Of a stretch of DNA of 64,000 nucleotides, positions 40,570 to 50,453 are shown in pieces. The notes beneath the pieces are model-generated. The model searched no databases, was not told the DNA's origin, and saw nothing but the letters and a program-made list of their open reading frames with translations. The translations under genes were made by a program, and so were the position numbers. Positions within the stretch are counted from its first letter, which is position 1; each line of letters begins with the position of its first letter. Origin of the DNA: Clostridia bacterium (lineage in GTDB: Bacteria > Bacillota > Clostridia > UMGS1883). The stretch is taken from the NCBI GenBank assembly GCA_030527235.1, contig JAUNBL010000003.1, positions 31,065 through 95,064 of the forward strand. Reading direction: 5' to 3'.

Positions 40570-40929
40570 ATGCATAAGCATAGCCGGCAGCGGGATGCGG
40601 TACTGACTGTTTTACGCAATACGAAAGAGCATCCTACTGCTGAGGTGATATATGAAGAAGTAAAAAAGCAAGTCCCAAATATTTCTCTCGGTACGGTGTA
40701 CCGTAATTTGAGACTGCTTGTGGATATGGGTGAGATTCTGGAATTGATTACACCTTCATGTTCGCGTTTTGACGGCGATATCAGTGAGCACTATCATTTC
40801 ACCTGCCGCTCTTGCGGACGAGTGTATGACCTGCCGTCCGAAGCGGTAACAAAGCCTTCGGCAAAGATGGATGGATTCAGGTTTGAACACTGCCGCATGG
40901 ATTTTAGCGGAATATGCCCTGATTGTTAA
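40570..40929 (+). CDS. perR: Fur family transcriptional regulator, PerR-like
   Basis: Winged-helix N-domain, HxH and CxxC..CxxC metal sites; adjacent rubrerythrin. Confidence 0.8.
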   Translation: MHKHSRQRDAVLTVLRNTKEHPTAEVIYEEVKKQVPNISLGTVYRNLRLLVDMGEILELITPSCSRFDGDISEHYHFTCRSCGRVYDLPSEAVTKPSAKMDGFRFEHCRMDFSGICPDC

Positions 40930-40976
40930 GGCGAAAAGCCACTACAATAAAATTATTTGAAAGGACGTTGTTTAGT

Positions 40977-41519
40977 ATGAAAAAATTTGTTTGCACCGTA
41001 TGCGGTTATGTACACGAGGGCGATACTCCTCCCGAAAAATGCCCGCTTTGCGGAGCGCCTGCTTCCAAGTTTGTAGAACAGGCAGCAGAGAGAGTGTGGG
41101 CTGACGAGCATAAAGTAGGAGTTGCAAAGGGCGTTGACGAGCGAGTTGTTGAAGGACTGCGCGCGAATTTCAACGGCGAGTGCAGTGAGGTTGGAATGTA
41201 TTTGGCAATGGCGCGCCAAGCGGTTCGCGATGGATATCCTGAGATAGGTGAGTTTTACAAACTTGCAGCATGGGAAGAAGCGGAGCATGCGGCTAAATTT
41301 GCTGAGCTTCTCGGAGAGGTTGTATACTCGGATACCAAGAAAAATCTTATGGTGCGTGTTGAGGCAGAGAACGGGGCTACAGCCGGTAAATTGGAGCTTG
41401 CAAAGCTCGCGAAGGAGCTTAATTATGATGCGATTCACGATACTGTTCACGAAATGGCTAAAGACGAAGCAAGGCACGGAAAAGGCTTTGAAGGCTTATT
41501 AAAGAGATATTTTGGATAA
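40977..41519 (+). CDS. rbr: reverse rubrerythrin (N-terminal rubredoxin-like CxxC..CxxC plus ferritin-like di-iron domain)
   Basis: CTVCGY..CPLCGA then ExxH di-iron motifs ([18 protein letters not shown]). Confidence 0.85.
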   Translation: MKKFVCTVCGYVHEGDTPPEKCPLCGAPASKFVEQAAERVWADEHKVGVAKGVDERVVEGLRANFNGECSEVGMYLAMARQAVRDGYPEIGEFYKLAAWEEAEHAAKFAELLGEVVYSDTKKNLMVRVEAENGATAGKLELAKLAKELNYDAIHDTVHEMAKDEARHGKGFEGLLKRYFG

Positions 41520-41539
41520 TCGCGGATAATCGCAACAAA

Positions 41540-41600
41540 TAGTGGGCTGTGGCATTCCGATTCAATAATCGTTTTGCCACAACCCATTTTGTCTTTTTAA
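41540..41600 (+). terminator. terminator hairpin after rbr
   Basis: gtgggctgtggca/tgccacaacccat stem with large loop then tttgtcttttt. Confidence 0.5.
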
Positions 41601-41768
41601 TTTGCGTTTATTTTCGCTTACCTTTATCGCAACTGCTCAAACTTTTTTTGGGTCACATCATTGACAACCGCAGAAAGGGTTCGACGTTTAATGCGAAAAA
41701 ACACTTGCATATTGGAAGATAAAAGGGTATAATAATATGAAAAGAGTTTAGAGAAAGAAGGGGATAGT

Positions 41769-42326
41769 ATGGTCGACAATTATTTGCAGATAGCTTCTCG
41801 TATTAAAGAGCTTCGTGTGATTTGCGGCTTGTCAGTCGCCGAAATAGCGGAAGGTTTGGGCGTTTCGGAGGATGTATATAATGGATATGAAAACAGCGGG
41901 GAGAATATTCCCATTAGCGCGCTTTATTACCTTGCAAACCGTTTTGGCGTGGACATGACCGACCTGCTTACGGGTAAATCACCGAAGCTTGACACGCTCT
42001 CAATAGTCAAAAAAACAGAGGGGTTGAGCATTGACCGTTACAGCGGGTACATGTTTGAGGAAATTGCGTACAAGTTTAAAAACCGCAAGATGGAGCCGAT
42101 GATAGTTCATGTGGACCCGCTTCCTGAGGGCAATACTACAGAACTTGTTACTCACGGCGGGCAGGAGATGAACTTTGTATTAAAGGGTTCCATCGCTCTT
42201 ATTTATGACGATGCGGAGTATGTTTTGAACAGTGGGGACTGCTCTTATTTTGACCCCACGCATCCTCACGGGCAAAAAGCGCTCGGCGGCAAACAGGCAG
42301 TATTTCTCACCGTAATTTGCGAATAA
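41769..42326 (+). CDS. XRE-family HTH regulator with C-terminal cupin domain
   Basis: HTH_3 N-terminus (IKELRVICGLSVAEIAEGLGVSEDVYNGYE) and cupin His motifs. Confidence 0.7.
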   Translation: MVDNYLQIASRIKELRVICGLSVAEIAEGLGVSEDVYNGYENSGENIPISALYYLANRFGVDMTDLLTGKSPKLDTLSIVKKTEGLSIDRYSGYMFEEIAYKFKNRKMEPMIVHVDPLPEGNTTELVTHGGQEMNFVLKGSIALIYDDAEYVLNSGDCSYFDPTHPHGQKALGGKQAVFLTVICE

Positions 42327-42343
42327 GAAGGGAGAAGGAGAAC

Positions 42344-44011
42344 ATGCTCCTTGACAGATTTTTACCGAGAATAGATTTTGATTCATATGAAGATTTCAAA
42401 AAAAACTACAAGGTAAAAGTACCGGATAACTTTAATTTTGGGTTTGACATTGTAGACGCATGGGCAGAACAGGATGAAAGCAAAAAAGCTCTTTTGTGGA
42501 TTAATGACTTTGGAGAAGAAAGAGTATTTACCTTTGCCGATGTGCGAGATTACTCGAACCGCATCGCTAATTTTTTTGTAAGCCTCGGCATCAAAAAAGG
42601 CGACAAAGTGATGCTGCTTTTGAAACAACGATACCAATACTGGATGTGCGCCGTTGCGATTCATAAAATAGGCGCGGTGCTTATTCCTGCGAGCGTGCAG
42701 CTTACAAAAAAAGATTTAGTTTACAGAATTAACGCGGCAGATGTTAAACTAATAATTTCCACTGATGACCACACACTGGCTCAATGTGTGGAGGACGCCG
42801 AAAAGGAAACAAATTCGTTGACGGCAAAAGTTTTTGTAGGAAGCGAGCGGACGGGCTGGCTTAATCTTGACATTGAGGCGGACAAGTTTCCGCCGGAATT
42901 TGAGCGTCCCGATGGAGAATCGGCGACAATGAAGAACGATTTGTTCTTGATATACTTTACTTCCGGGACAACGGGAATGCCTAAAATGGTTGCGCACGAT
43001 TATTCGTATCCGTTAGGGCATATTACGACCGCGAAGTATTGGCACCACGTAGAGGAGGACGGTCTGCATCTTACTGTGTCGGACTCTGGTTGGGCAAAGT
43101 TCGGCTGGGGGAAAATTTATGGGCAATGGATAGCGGGGGCCACAATTTTTGCTTATGACATGGAAAAATTTGTGCCAGCAAAAATGCTTGAGATAATGCA
43201 AAAGTATCCGATTGTAACCTTTTGCGCTCCTCCTACAATGTACCGATTTTTCATAAAAGAAGATTTGACAAAATATAACCTTTCGTCAATAAAACATGCC
43301 ACAATTGCTGGAGAACCGCTTAACCCTGAGGTTTTTAATCAGTTTTACGATGCGACGGGGCTTAAAGTACACGAGGGATTCGGGCAATCAGAGAGTTCTG
43401 TTATGCTTGCGAACTTTAGGGGCTGGATAGAGCCGAAACCGGGTTCAATGGGCAAACCTTCGCCGCTCTATGACATTGACTTGTTGGACGAAAACGGAAA
43501 CAGCGTTCCGACCGGTGAGGAAGGCGAACTGGTTATTAAAATGAAACACGCAAGACCGTTGGGATTGTTCATAGGCTATTATGAGGGCGGGGAGATTCGC
43601 ACTGACCATATAGAAAATGATGTTTACAATACTCATGATTTGGCGTGGCGCGACAGCGATGGCTATTATTGGTTTGTCGGTAGGAGCGATGATGTTATCA
43701 AGTGTTCCGGATACAGAATCGGACCTTTTGAGGTTGAGAGCGCTCTTTTGACGCATAAAGCGGTCGTTGAGTGTGCGATTACCGCCGCACCTGACCCGAT
43801 TCGAGGTCAAATCGTTAAGGCAACAGTGGTGCTTGCGAAAGGATATGTCCCATCGGAAGAACTGGTGAAGGAACTCCAAAATCACGTTAAGACTACAACG
43901 GCGCCATATAAATATCCGCGAATAGTTGAGTTTGTAGATGAGTTGCCGAAAACGCTGGGTGGAAAGATAAAGAGAGCGCAGCTTCGCCATGAGGCGGAAA
44001 ATAAGAAATGA
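42344..44011 (+). CDS. AMP-forming acyl-CoA synthetase (medium-chain type)
   Basis: AMP-binding motif YFTSGTTGMPK, C-terminal GKIKR lysine. Confidence 0.8.
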   Translation: MLLDRFLPRIDFDSYEDFKKNYKVKVPDNFNFGFDIVDAWAEQDESKKALLWINDFGEERVFTFADVRDYSNRIANFFVSLGIKKGDKVMLLLKQRYQYWMCAVAIHKIGAVLIPASVQLTKKDLVYRINAADVKLIISTDDHTLAQCVEDAEKETNSLTAKVFVGSERTGWLNLDIEADKFPPEFERPDGESATMKNDLFLIYFTSGTTGMPKMVAHDYSYPLGHITTAKYWHHVEEDGLHLTVSDSGWAKFGWGKIYGQWIAGATIFAYDMEKFVPAKMLEIMQKYPIVTFCAPPTMYRFFIKEDLTKYNLSSIKHATIAGEPLNPEVFNQFYDATGLKVHEGFGQSESSVMLANFRGWIEPKPGSMGKPSPLYDIDLLDENGNSVPTGEEGELVIKMKHARPLGLFIGYYEGGEIRTDHIENDVYNTHDLAWRDSDGYYWFVGRSDDVIKCSGYRIGPFEVESALLTHKAVVECAITAAPDPIRGQIVKATVVLAKGYVPSEELVKELQNHVKTTTAPYKYPRIVEFVDELPKTLGGKIKRAQLRHEAENKK

Positions 44012-44020
44012 GGGCTGAAT

Positions 44021-44584
44021 ATGGAAAGATATAATAAATTAAAACAGCTTGTGGTCGAACGCAAAGCTGAGTTTGACAACGTGATGGACTTTTTGGAAAA
44101 TGAGACGGAGTATCTTACAGCGCCCGCATCTACAAGATTCCATCTTTGCCGTGCAGGGGGGCTTTTGGAACACAGTATGAACGTAGCTGAGAATATGCTT
44201 CGTTTGAAAAGCGCGGTTGCTCCGCACATTTCCGATGAGAGCTGTGTTATTGTTGCGCTGCTTCACGACGCCGGCAAAGCAGGTATGCCGGGAGAGCCAC
44301 TCTATATTGCAAACCAGCCCACAGAGCGCCAGAAAATGTATGGATACGGCGCGAGCATACCGTACAGAATTAATGACAAGCTTGATTATATGAGTGTGCC
44401 GCTTCGCAGCCTTTACCATGCATTGCCGCGCATCGAGCTTACCGAAGAGGAAACACAGGCTATCATGTATCACGACGGACAGTACGTAGACGATAACAAA
44501 AGCGTGGCTACGCATGAGGCGCCGCTTACATTGCTGTTGCAGTATGCTGACAGCTGGAGCACGTTTGTAACAGAGAAAAAATAG
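44021..44584 (+). CDS. HD domain phosphohydrolase-like protein
   Basis: H..HD metal motif (LLHDAGKAG) and upstream His (RFHLCRAGGLLEH). Confidence 0.5.
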   Translation: MERYNKLKQLVVERKAEFDNVMDFLENETEYLTAPASTRFHLCRAGGLLEHSMNVAENMLRLKSAVAPHISDESCVIVALLHDAGKAGMPGEPLYIANQPTERQKMYGYGASIPYRINDKLDYMSVPLRSLYHALPRIELTEEETQAIMYHDGQYVDDNKSVATHEAPLTLLLQYADSWSTFVTEKK

Positions 44585-44594
44585 GAGGAAACCA

Positions 44595-45863
44595 ATGAGC
44601 AAAATAGAGACCAAATGTGTACAAGCGGGGTACACTCCCAAAAACGGCGAACCAAGAGTTGTGCCTATTGCTCAGAGCACTACATACAGTTATGATTCCA
44701 CGCAGACTGTGGGAGATCTCTTTGACCTGAAAGCGGACGGTTATTTTTACACACGCCTTGCAAACCCCACTGCCGCTGCGCCAGAGGAAAAGCTCACAGC
44801 GCTTGAAGGCGGAGTTGGTGCGATGATGACAAGCGCCGGTCAGAGCGCGTCGATGATTTCGCTGCTAAATATTTTAGGCGCGGGAGATCATGTGGTTTGT
44901 TCGAGTTCTATTTACGGCGGTACGTTTAATCTGTTTAATGTCACAATGCGTAAGATGGGTGTAGACTTTTCGTTTGTAAGTCCTTACGCCTCGGAAGAAG
45001 AGCTTAATGTGGCAATGCGCGGTAACACGAAGGCAGTATTTGGCGAATCGCTTGCGAACCCTTCTCTTGCCGTGCTTGATATTGAAAAGTTTGCGCGAAT
45101 TGCGCACGCTCACGGCGTTCCACTTATTGTGGACAACACTTTTCCGACGCCGATTAATTGCCGACCCATAGAGCATGGTGCGGATATAGTAGTGCATTCC
45201 ACGTCCAAATACCTGGACGGACATGCGGTAGCTCTCGGCGGTGCGATAGTAGACAGCGGGAGATTTGACTGGTCAAGCGGCAAGTTCCCTGAGTTCACCG
45301 AGCCGGACAAGTCCTATCATGGCACAGTATACACCCGTGATTTTGGCAAAGCAGCGTATATAACCAAGGCGAGAGTACAGATGATGCGCGATATCGGCGC
45401 GGCTCCTGCACCGATGAATGCGTTTTTGTTGAATATGGGTATGGAAACCTTGCATATCCGTATGGAGCGTCATTGCGCTAACGCTTTACGCGTGGCGGAA
45501 TTCTTGTCGGATAGCGACAAGATAGATTGGATAAACTATCCTTCGCATAAGAGCAGCAAAGATTACGAACTGGCAAAAAAATATATGCCTAACGGTAGCT
45601 GCGGCGTAATTTCGTTTGGAGTAAAGGGTGGACGTGAAGCCGCTGTAAGATTTATGGACAGTCTGAAAATGGCTTCGATTGTGGTACATGTGGCGGACCT
45701 TCGTACATGTGTCCTCCATCCGGCTTCGTCAACGCATCGTCAGCTTTCCGATGCCGATTTGCATGCTTGCGGTGTATTTCCTGAGCAGATACGCATGAGC
45801 GTGGGCATTGAAAATGTTGAAGACATCATTGCGGATATTAAACTTGGTCTTAACGCCATTTAA
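44595..45863 (+). CDS. metY: O-acetylhomoserine aminocarboxypropyltransferase / sulfhydrylase (PLP-dependent)
   Basis: PLP-lysine motif [10 protein letters not shown], Cys/Met-metabolism PLP family length. Confidence 0.85.
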   Translation: MSKIETKCVQAGYTPKNGEPRVVPIAQSTTYSYDSTQTVGDLFDLKADGYFYTRLANPTAAAPEEKLTALEGGVGAMMTSAGQSASMISLLNILGAGDHVVCSSSIYGGTFNLFNVTMRKMGVDFSFVSPYASEEELNVAMRGNTKAVFGESLANPSLAVLDIEKFARIAHAHGVPLIVDNTFPTPINCRPIEHGADIVVHSTSKYLDGHAVALGGAIVDSGRFDWSSGKFPEFTEPDKSYHGTVYTRDFGKAAYITKARVQMMRDIGAAPAPMNAFLLNMGMETLHIRMERHCANALRVAEFLSDSDKIDWINYPSHKSSKDYELAKKYMPNGSCGVISFGVKGGREAAVRFMDSLKMASIVVHVADLRTCVLHPASSTHRQLSDADLHACGVFPEQIRMSVGIENVEDIIADIKLGLNAI

Positions 45864-45881
45864 CAAAGGAAGGATAAGCTG

Positions 45882-47708
45882 ATGGAACCGCAGAATATAC
45901 GAAACATAGCAATAATCGCGCATGTAGACCACGGTAAAACCACACTCGTGGACGCCATGTTAAAGCAGAGCGGCGTTTTTCGTGATAATGAGCAGGTAGA
46001 AGAGCGCGTTATGGATTCAAATGACCTTGAGCGAGAGCGTGGTATTACAATCCTGGCTAAAAATACATCGCTTGTGTATAAAAATGTAAAAATTAATATT
46101 ATCGACACACCCGGACATGCTGATTTCGGCGGCGAGGTCGAGCGCGGGCTGAAAATGGCGGACGGAGTACTGCTTTTGGTGGATGCTTTTGAAGGCTGTA
46201 TGCCGCAAACACGATTTGTGCTAAAAAAAGCTCTTGAACTGAACCTTTCGCCAATCCTTGTTATTAACAAGGTTGACAGACAAAATGCCCGACCTTATGA
46301 CGTGACCGACCAGCTGCTGGAGTTGTTTATAGACCTTGACGCAACAGATGAGCAGCTTGATTCACCTGTGGTTTATGTTTCCGGGCGCGACGGTTGGGCC
46401 AGCCTTTCGCCGGATTCGCCGAAAAAAGACCTTAAAGTTCTTTTTGACCTTATTGTAGACAAAATCCCGTCGCCCGAAGACACGCGCAGCGGGGCGTTTC
46501 AGATGCTTGTTTCCAATATCGATTACGATGAATATACCGGAAGAATTGCAGTTGGTCGAATAGCGCGAGGCAGCGTACAGCTTAATATGCCGATTTCAAT
46601 TTGCAGAGGTTCTGAAAAACATTATCATGCTAAAGTCAGCAGACTCTACAACTATAACGGACTTCACCGTGATGTTATTGAAGAAGCTTCTGCGGGTGAG
46701 ATTGTGGCAATATCCGGTGTGGAAAAAATAAATATAGGTGACACGATTTGTAGCCTCGATACGCCGGAGCCGCTTGAGTTCAAAGCAGTTGATGAGCCGG
46801 TGCTTTCCATGACGTTCAGTGTAAACAACGGCCCGTTTGCGGGCAAGGAAGGCGACTATGTAACATCGCGGCATATCCGAGACCGGCTCCAAAAAGAACT
46901 TGAAAGCAATATAAGCCTCCGCGTGGAAGAAACAGATTCTCCGGATAGTTTTGTAGTTTCAGGGCGCGGTGAACTCCACCTGTCAGTGCTTATTGAAAAC
47001 ATGCGCCGCCAAGGGTACGAATTTATGGTTTCAAAGCCGCAAACCATTAACAAAGTCATAGACGGTGTTCTCTGCGAGCCAGTGGAATACCTTACGGTAG
47101 ATGTACCTGATGAATTTACGGGTACAGTAATGGAGGGCATTGGTACGCGCAGAGGCGTACTTGCGAACATGACGCCGTCCGCACAAGGATACACAAAGAT
47201 GGAGTTCACAATACCGTCAAGGTTTTTGATTGGATACCGAAGCGAGCTATTGACAGCGACAAAGGGCAATGGCGTTATGAGCCATGTGTTTGATTCCTAT
47301 CAGCCATTTTCCGAAGTGGATTTTAATGTGCGTTCCCGCGGAAGCCTTGTTGCATATGAGGAAGGGGAGGCTGTTGCCTACGGTCTTTTTAACGCTCAGG
47401 ACCGCGGAACTTTATTCGTTTCTCCGGGTGAAAGAGTGTACGAAGGAATGGTTGTGGGCGAAAATTCGCGTTTGGAGGATGTTGTTGTAAATGTATGTAA
47501 GCGCAAGGCGGCGACAAACATGCGTGCATCGGGCTCAGATGAGGCATTGCGACTCACTCCTCCGCGTATAATGAGTCTTGAAGAGTGCCTTGAGTTCATT
47601 GCAGAAGACGAGCTTTTGGAGGTAACGCCGGAGCACCTCAGAATAAGAAAAAGGATATTGAGCGCCGACTTGCGCGCAAAGGAAGTTAACCGTTCAAAAA
47701 AGAAGTAA
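45882..47708 (+). CDS. typA: translational GTPase TypA/BipA
   Basis: [30 protein letters not shown]; 608 aa. Confidence 0.9.
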   Translation: MEPQNIRNIAIIAHVDHGKTTLVDAMLKQSGVFRDNEQVEERVMDSNDLERERGITILAKNTSLVYKNVKINIIDTPGHADFGGEVERGLKMADGVLLLVDAFEGCMPQTRFVLKKALELNLSPILVINKVDRQNARPYDVTDQLLELFIDLDATDEQLDSPVVYVSGRDGWASLSPDSPKKDLKVLFDLIVDKIPSPEDTRSGAFQMLVSNIDYDEYTGRIAVGRIARGSVQLNMPISICRGSEKHYHAKVSRLYNYNGLHRDVIEEASAGEIVAISGVEKINIGDTICSLDTPEPLEFKAVDEPVLSMTFSVNNGPFAGKEGDYVTSRHIRDRLQKELESNISLRVEETDSPDSFVVSGRGELHLSVLIENMRRQGYEFMVSKPQTINKVIDGVLCEPVEYLTVDVPDEFTGTVMEGIGTRRGVLANMTPSAQGYTKMEFTIPSRFLIGYRSELLTATKGNGVMSHVFDSYQPFSEVDFNVRSRGSLVAYEEGEAVAYGLFNAQDRGTLFVSPGERVYEGMVVGENSRLEDVVVNVCKRKAATNMRASGSDEALRLTPPRIMSLEECLEFIAEDELLEVTPEHLRIRKRILSADLRAKEVNRSKKK

Positions 47709-47721
47709 GGAGGTTTTTCTC

Positions 47722-48303
47722 ATGGCGAACAACATAATTGCAATTGGCAGACAATACGGAAGCGGCGGGCGCGAGATAGGCGAAGCGCTTGCGAAAAAAC
47801 TTGGCGTAAAATGCTATGACAAAGAGCTTATCACTATCTCTGCCCAGAAGAGCGGAATGTGCAAGGAGCTTTTTGAGGACATGGACGAAAAGCCGATTAA
47901 GGCAATGTATTACATGGAGGTTGCGCCTTTTGCACAGGCGCAGTACCCGATAAACCATCAGCTGTTTTTGGCGCAGATGAATGTCATCCGTGAAATTGCT
48001 CAGCGTGAGAGCTGCGTATTTATAGGGCGTTGTGCGGATTATGTTTTGGCTGAGCACGAGAACTGTCATAGCGTATTTGTGCACGCACCTTTTGCTGACA
48101 GAGTAAAACGTGCAATGGAGCGTACGGGACTTGAGGAGAGAAAGGCGGAGAAACTTGTTCGTAAAATTGACCGCGAACGCGAAGCGTATTACGATTTTTA
48201 CACCTCAAAACTTTGGGGCGCAGCGGATACATATGACCTTTCGCTTAACAGCTCTGCTTTCGGCACACAAAAATGCGTAGATATTATTGCCGGCATTCTT
48301 TGA
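47722..48303 (+). CDS. cytidylate kinase-like family protein
   Basis: P-loop-like IIAIGRQYGSGGREIG N-terminus. Confidence 0.6.
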   Translation: MANNIIAIGRQYGSGGREIGEALAKKLGVKCYDKELITISAQKSGMCKELFEDMDEKPIKAMYYMEVAPFAQAQYPINHQLFLAQMNVIREIAQRESCVFIGRCADYVLAEHENCHSVFVHAPFADRVKRAMERTGLEERKAEKLVRKIDREREAYYDFYTSKLWGAADTYDLSLNSSAFGTQKCVDIIAGIL

Positions 48304-48385
48304 TAAGATGCGGCGAAAAACAGCCTTTTGCCTGCTAACGTACGCTTGAACGGAATTTAGTACACAGAAGAAGGAAAATGAAAAG

Positions 48386-50374
48386 ATGAAAAAGACTATA
48401 TGTTTGATTTGGGTTTTCATAATGCTGTGCGCGCATATTTGCAAAGCGGAAAAGACAGTGCACTATATTGAACTTGATGAAGCGGTTACTTCACAGTTTA
48501 CCGCGTCAATGAGTGTTCTTAACAGAACGGGAGGGAATTACTTTAATTTCTATGTAGGCGACGGGTCGGTAGCGGGTGAGGGAGATAACTATCTGGCGGT
48601 AAAACTCTCGCAGATAGTACTTGTCTCTTCAAAATGCAAAGATGAGATTAAAATGTTCTTCCCCGGAGGCGCCCAGAATATTTGGACTGATTTAGATATT
48701 GTGTTTGACGGCAGCAGCACGAGCGTTTACATAAATGGGGAACATATAGGCACGCTCGAAAACTGTTATTCTATGGAGGAAATTAACGCCTCGGTTTTTA
48801 GATTAGGTTTCTCACCGTGGAGTGCAGACGTGTCCGCAGATGCGGAATACAGAGACATCAAAATATTTGATTACGCAATGAGCGGAGAGGAAATTGCCAA
48901 GCTGCGTGCGGAAGAAACACCGCTTATAGGCGGAGAGGTAATTGCTTTTGAAGGCGAAACTTTCGGTAATCCGCTTGTGAGAGATATCTATACGTGCGAC
49001 CCTGCCGTTTTAGTGGACGGCGACACCGTATACCTTTACGCAGGGCACGATATGTCCGACAGCGGATACTATTATATTCCGGAATGGGTGTGCTATTCGA
49101 GCCGTGATTTGATTAACTGGAAATATGAAGGCGTGCCGCTCACATCGGCCGATTTCAGCTGGGGAAGCAGCACAGAGTCCTGGGCGGCACAGGTGATTAA
49201 GTATAAAGATAAATATTATTACTATATATGTAAAAACGGAAGCGGGATTTCGGTTGCCGTGTCAGACAGTCCGATTGGTCCTTTTAGGGACGCACTTGAC
49301 GGGGAAAGGCTGATTTTGCCATGGTGGACTGATGCCGCGCATTCCTGGGACGATATTGACCCCACTGTCTGGGTTGAAAATGAAGGCGAGGCAGATGAAC
49401 AGCGCTATATTATGTGGGGCAACGGCGTTTGTTATTTAGCTTGTCTTAACCCGGACATGATTTCCATAACTGATATTAACTCGGATGGGGAGATTACAAA
49501 AGGTGAGGATATAGTAACAGTTGAAATCACAGACGTCCCGGAAGGTACGGGCGGATTTACAGAGGCGCCGTGGATATACAAAAGAGCCAAGGACTACTAT
49601 CTTTTCTTTGCAAACGGCTGGTGGGAGTGTTTAAGCTACGCGACGTCGGAGGACATACGCGGTCCCTACTCATACGGAAATATGCTGATGGAATACGGCG
49701 CCACGAGCAACACTAACCACCCCGCAGTTTTTGATTTTAACGGCAAAACGTATATGCTCTACCATACCGGTGCGCTGGCGCGCGGCAGCGGATACAGACG
49801 CAGCGTATGTATTGCGGAACTTATATTTACAGACAGCGGCATAGAATCAGTCCCGGAGAGTTCGAGCGGCATTGCTGCAGCTGCGTCAATGATTAAGAAT
49901 ATCAATCAAAGCGCTTCCGTCCAATATGTGCCGTTTATAAACAATCCGGACGTTAAACCAAAAACCGACATAGTTTCCGGAGAAATATCCTGTGCGCCCG
50001 CAGCGCTTTGGCAGATAACACGCGGCCTGTACGATGGCGGCGACGGCTTTGTTTCCATTCAGGCGGAAGACCGCATGGGATTTTATATTACCGACTCAGA
50101 CGGTGAGATTAAGCTTACACATGATGAGAACGGCATTACCGAAACAAAAAAACAGCGTACGTTCCTTCGCATAAAAGGTCTCTGCGGGCAGGGGGTCTCG
50201 TTTGAGAGCGTATCCTCTCCGGGGATGTATCTGACGCTGACAGACGGAAAACTTACCTTAACTAACGGTGAAGATGCACGCGCCGCCTCCTTTGTCGTGG
50301 ACGATGCTCCGCACTATTCGCTCAGAGGAAAGCTGCAATCAGCGATAGAAAAATTCAAACAGGATACGCAATAG
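48386..50374 (+). CDS. secreted glycoside hydrolase family 43 enzyme with N-terminal lectin-like module and C-terminal AbfB-like carbohydrate-binding domain
   Basis: Signal peptide; GH43 catalytic Asp region CDPAVLVDGDTVYLYAGHD; 662 aa. Confidence 0.7.
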   Translation: MKKTICLIWVFIMLCAHICKAEKTVHYIELDEAVTSQFTASMSVLNRTGGNYFNFYVGDGSVAGEGDNYLAVKLSQIVLVSSKCKDEIKMFFPGGAQNIWTDLDIVFDGSSTSVYINGEHIGTLENCYSMEEINASVFRLGFSPWSADVSADAEYRDIKIFDYAMSGEEIAKLRAEETPLIGGEVIAFEGETFGNPLVRDIYTCDPAVLVDGDTVYLYAGHDMSDSGYYYIPEWVCYSSRDLINWKYEGVPLTSADFSWGSSTESWAAQVIKYKDKYYYYICKNGSGISVAVSDSPIGPFRDALDGERLILPWWTDAAHSWDDIDPTVWVENEGEADEQRYIMWGNGVCYLACLNPDMISITDINSDGEITKGEDIVTVEITDVPEGTGGFTEAPWIYKRAKDYYLFFANGWWECLSYATSEDIRGPYSYGNMLMEYGATSNTNHPAVFDFNGKTYMLYHTGALARGSGYRRSVCIAELIFTDSGIESVPESSSGIAAAASMIKNINQSASVQYVPFINNPDVKPKTDIVSGEISCAPAALWQITRGLYDGGDGFVSIQAEDRMGFYITDSDGEIKLTHDENGITETKKQRTFLRIKGLCGQGVSFESVSSPGMYLTLTDGKLTLTNGEDARAASFVVDDAPHYSLRGKLQSAIEKFKQDTQ

Positions 50375-50389
50375 GCAGCATAGCTGCAT

Positions 50390-50441
50390 CGTAATACGAG
50401 CGCCCGTGCAGATAAATACTACTGCACGGGCGCTCGTATTC
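50390..50441. terminator. 19-bp perfect hairpin between convergent glycoside hydrolase genes
   Basis: aatacgagcgcccgtgcag/ctgcacgggcgctcgtatt; no flanking T-run. Confidence 0.6.
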
Positions 50442-50453
50442 ACGGTAAAATGG

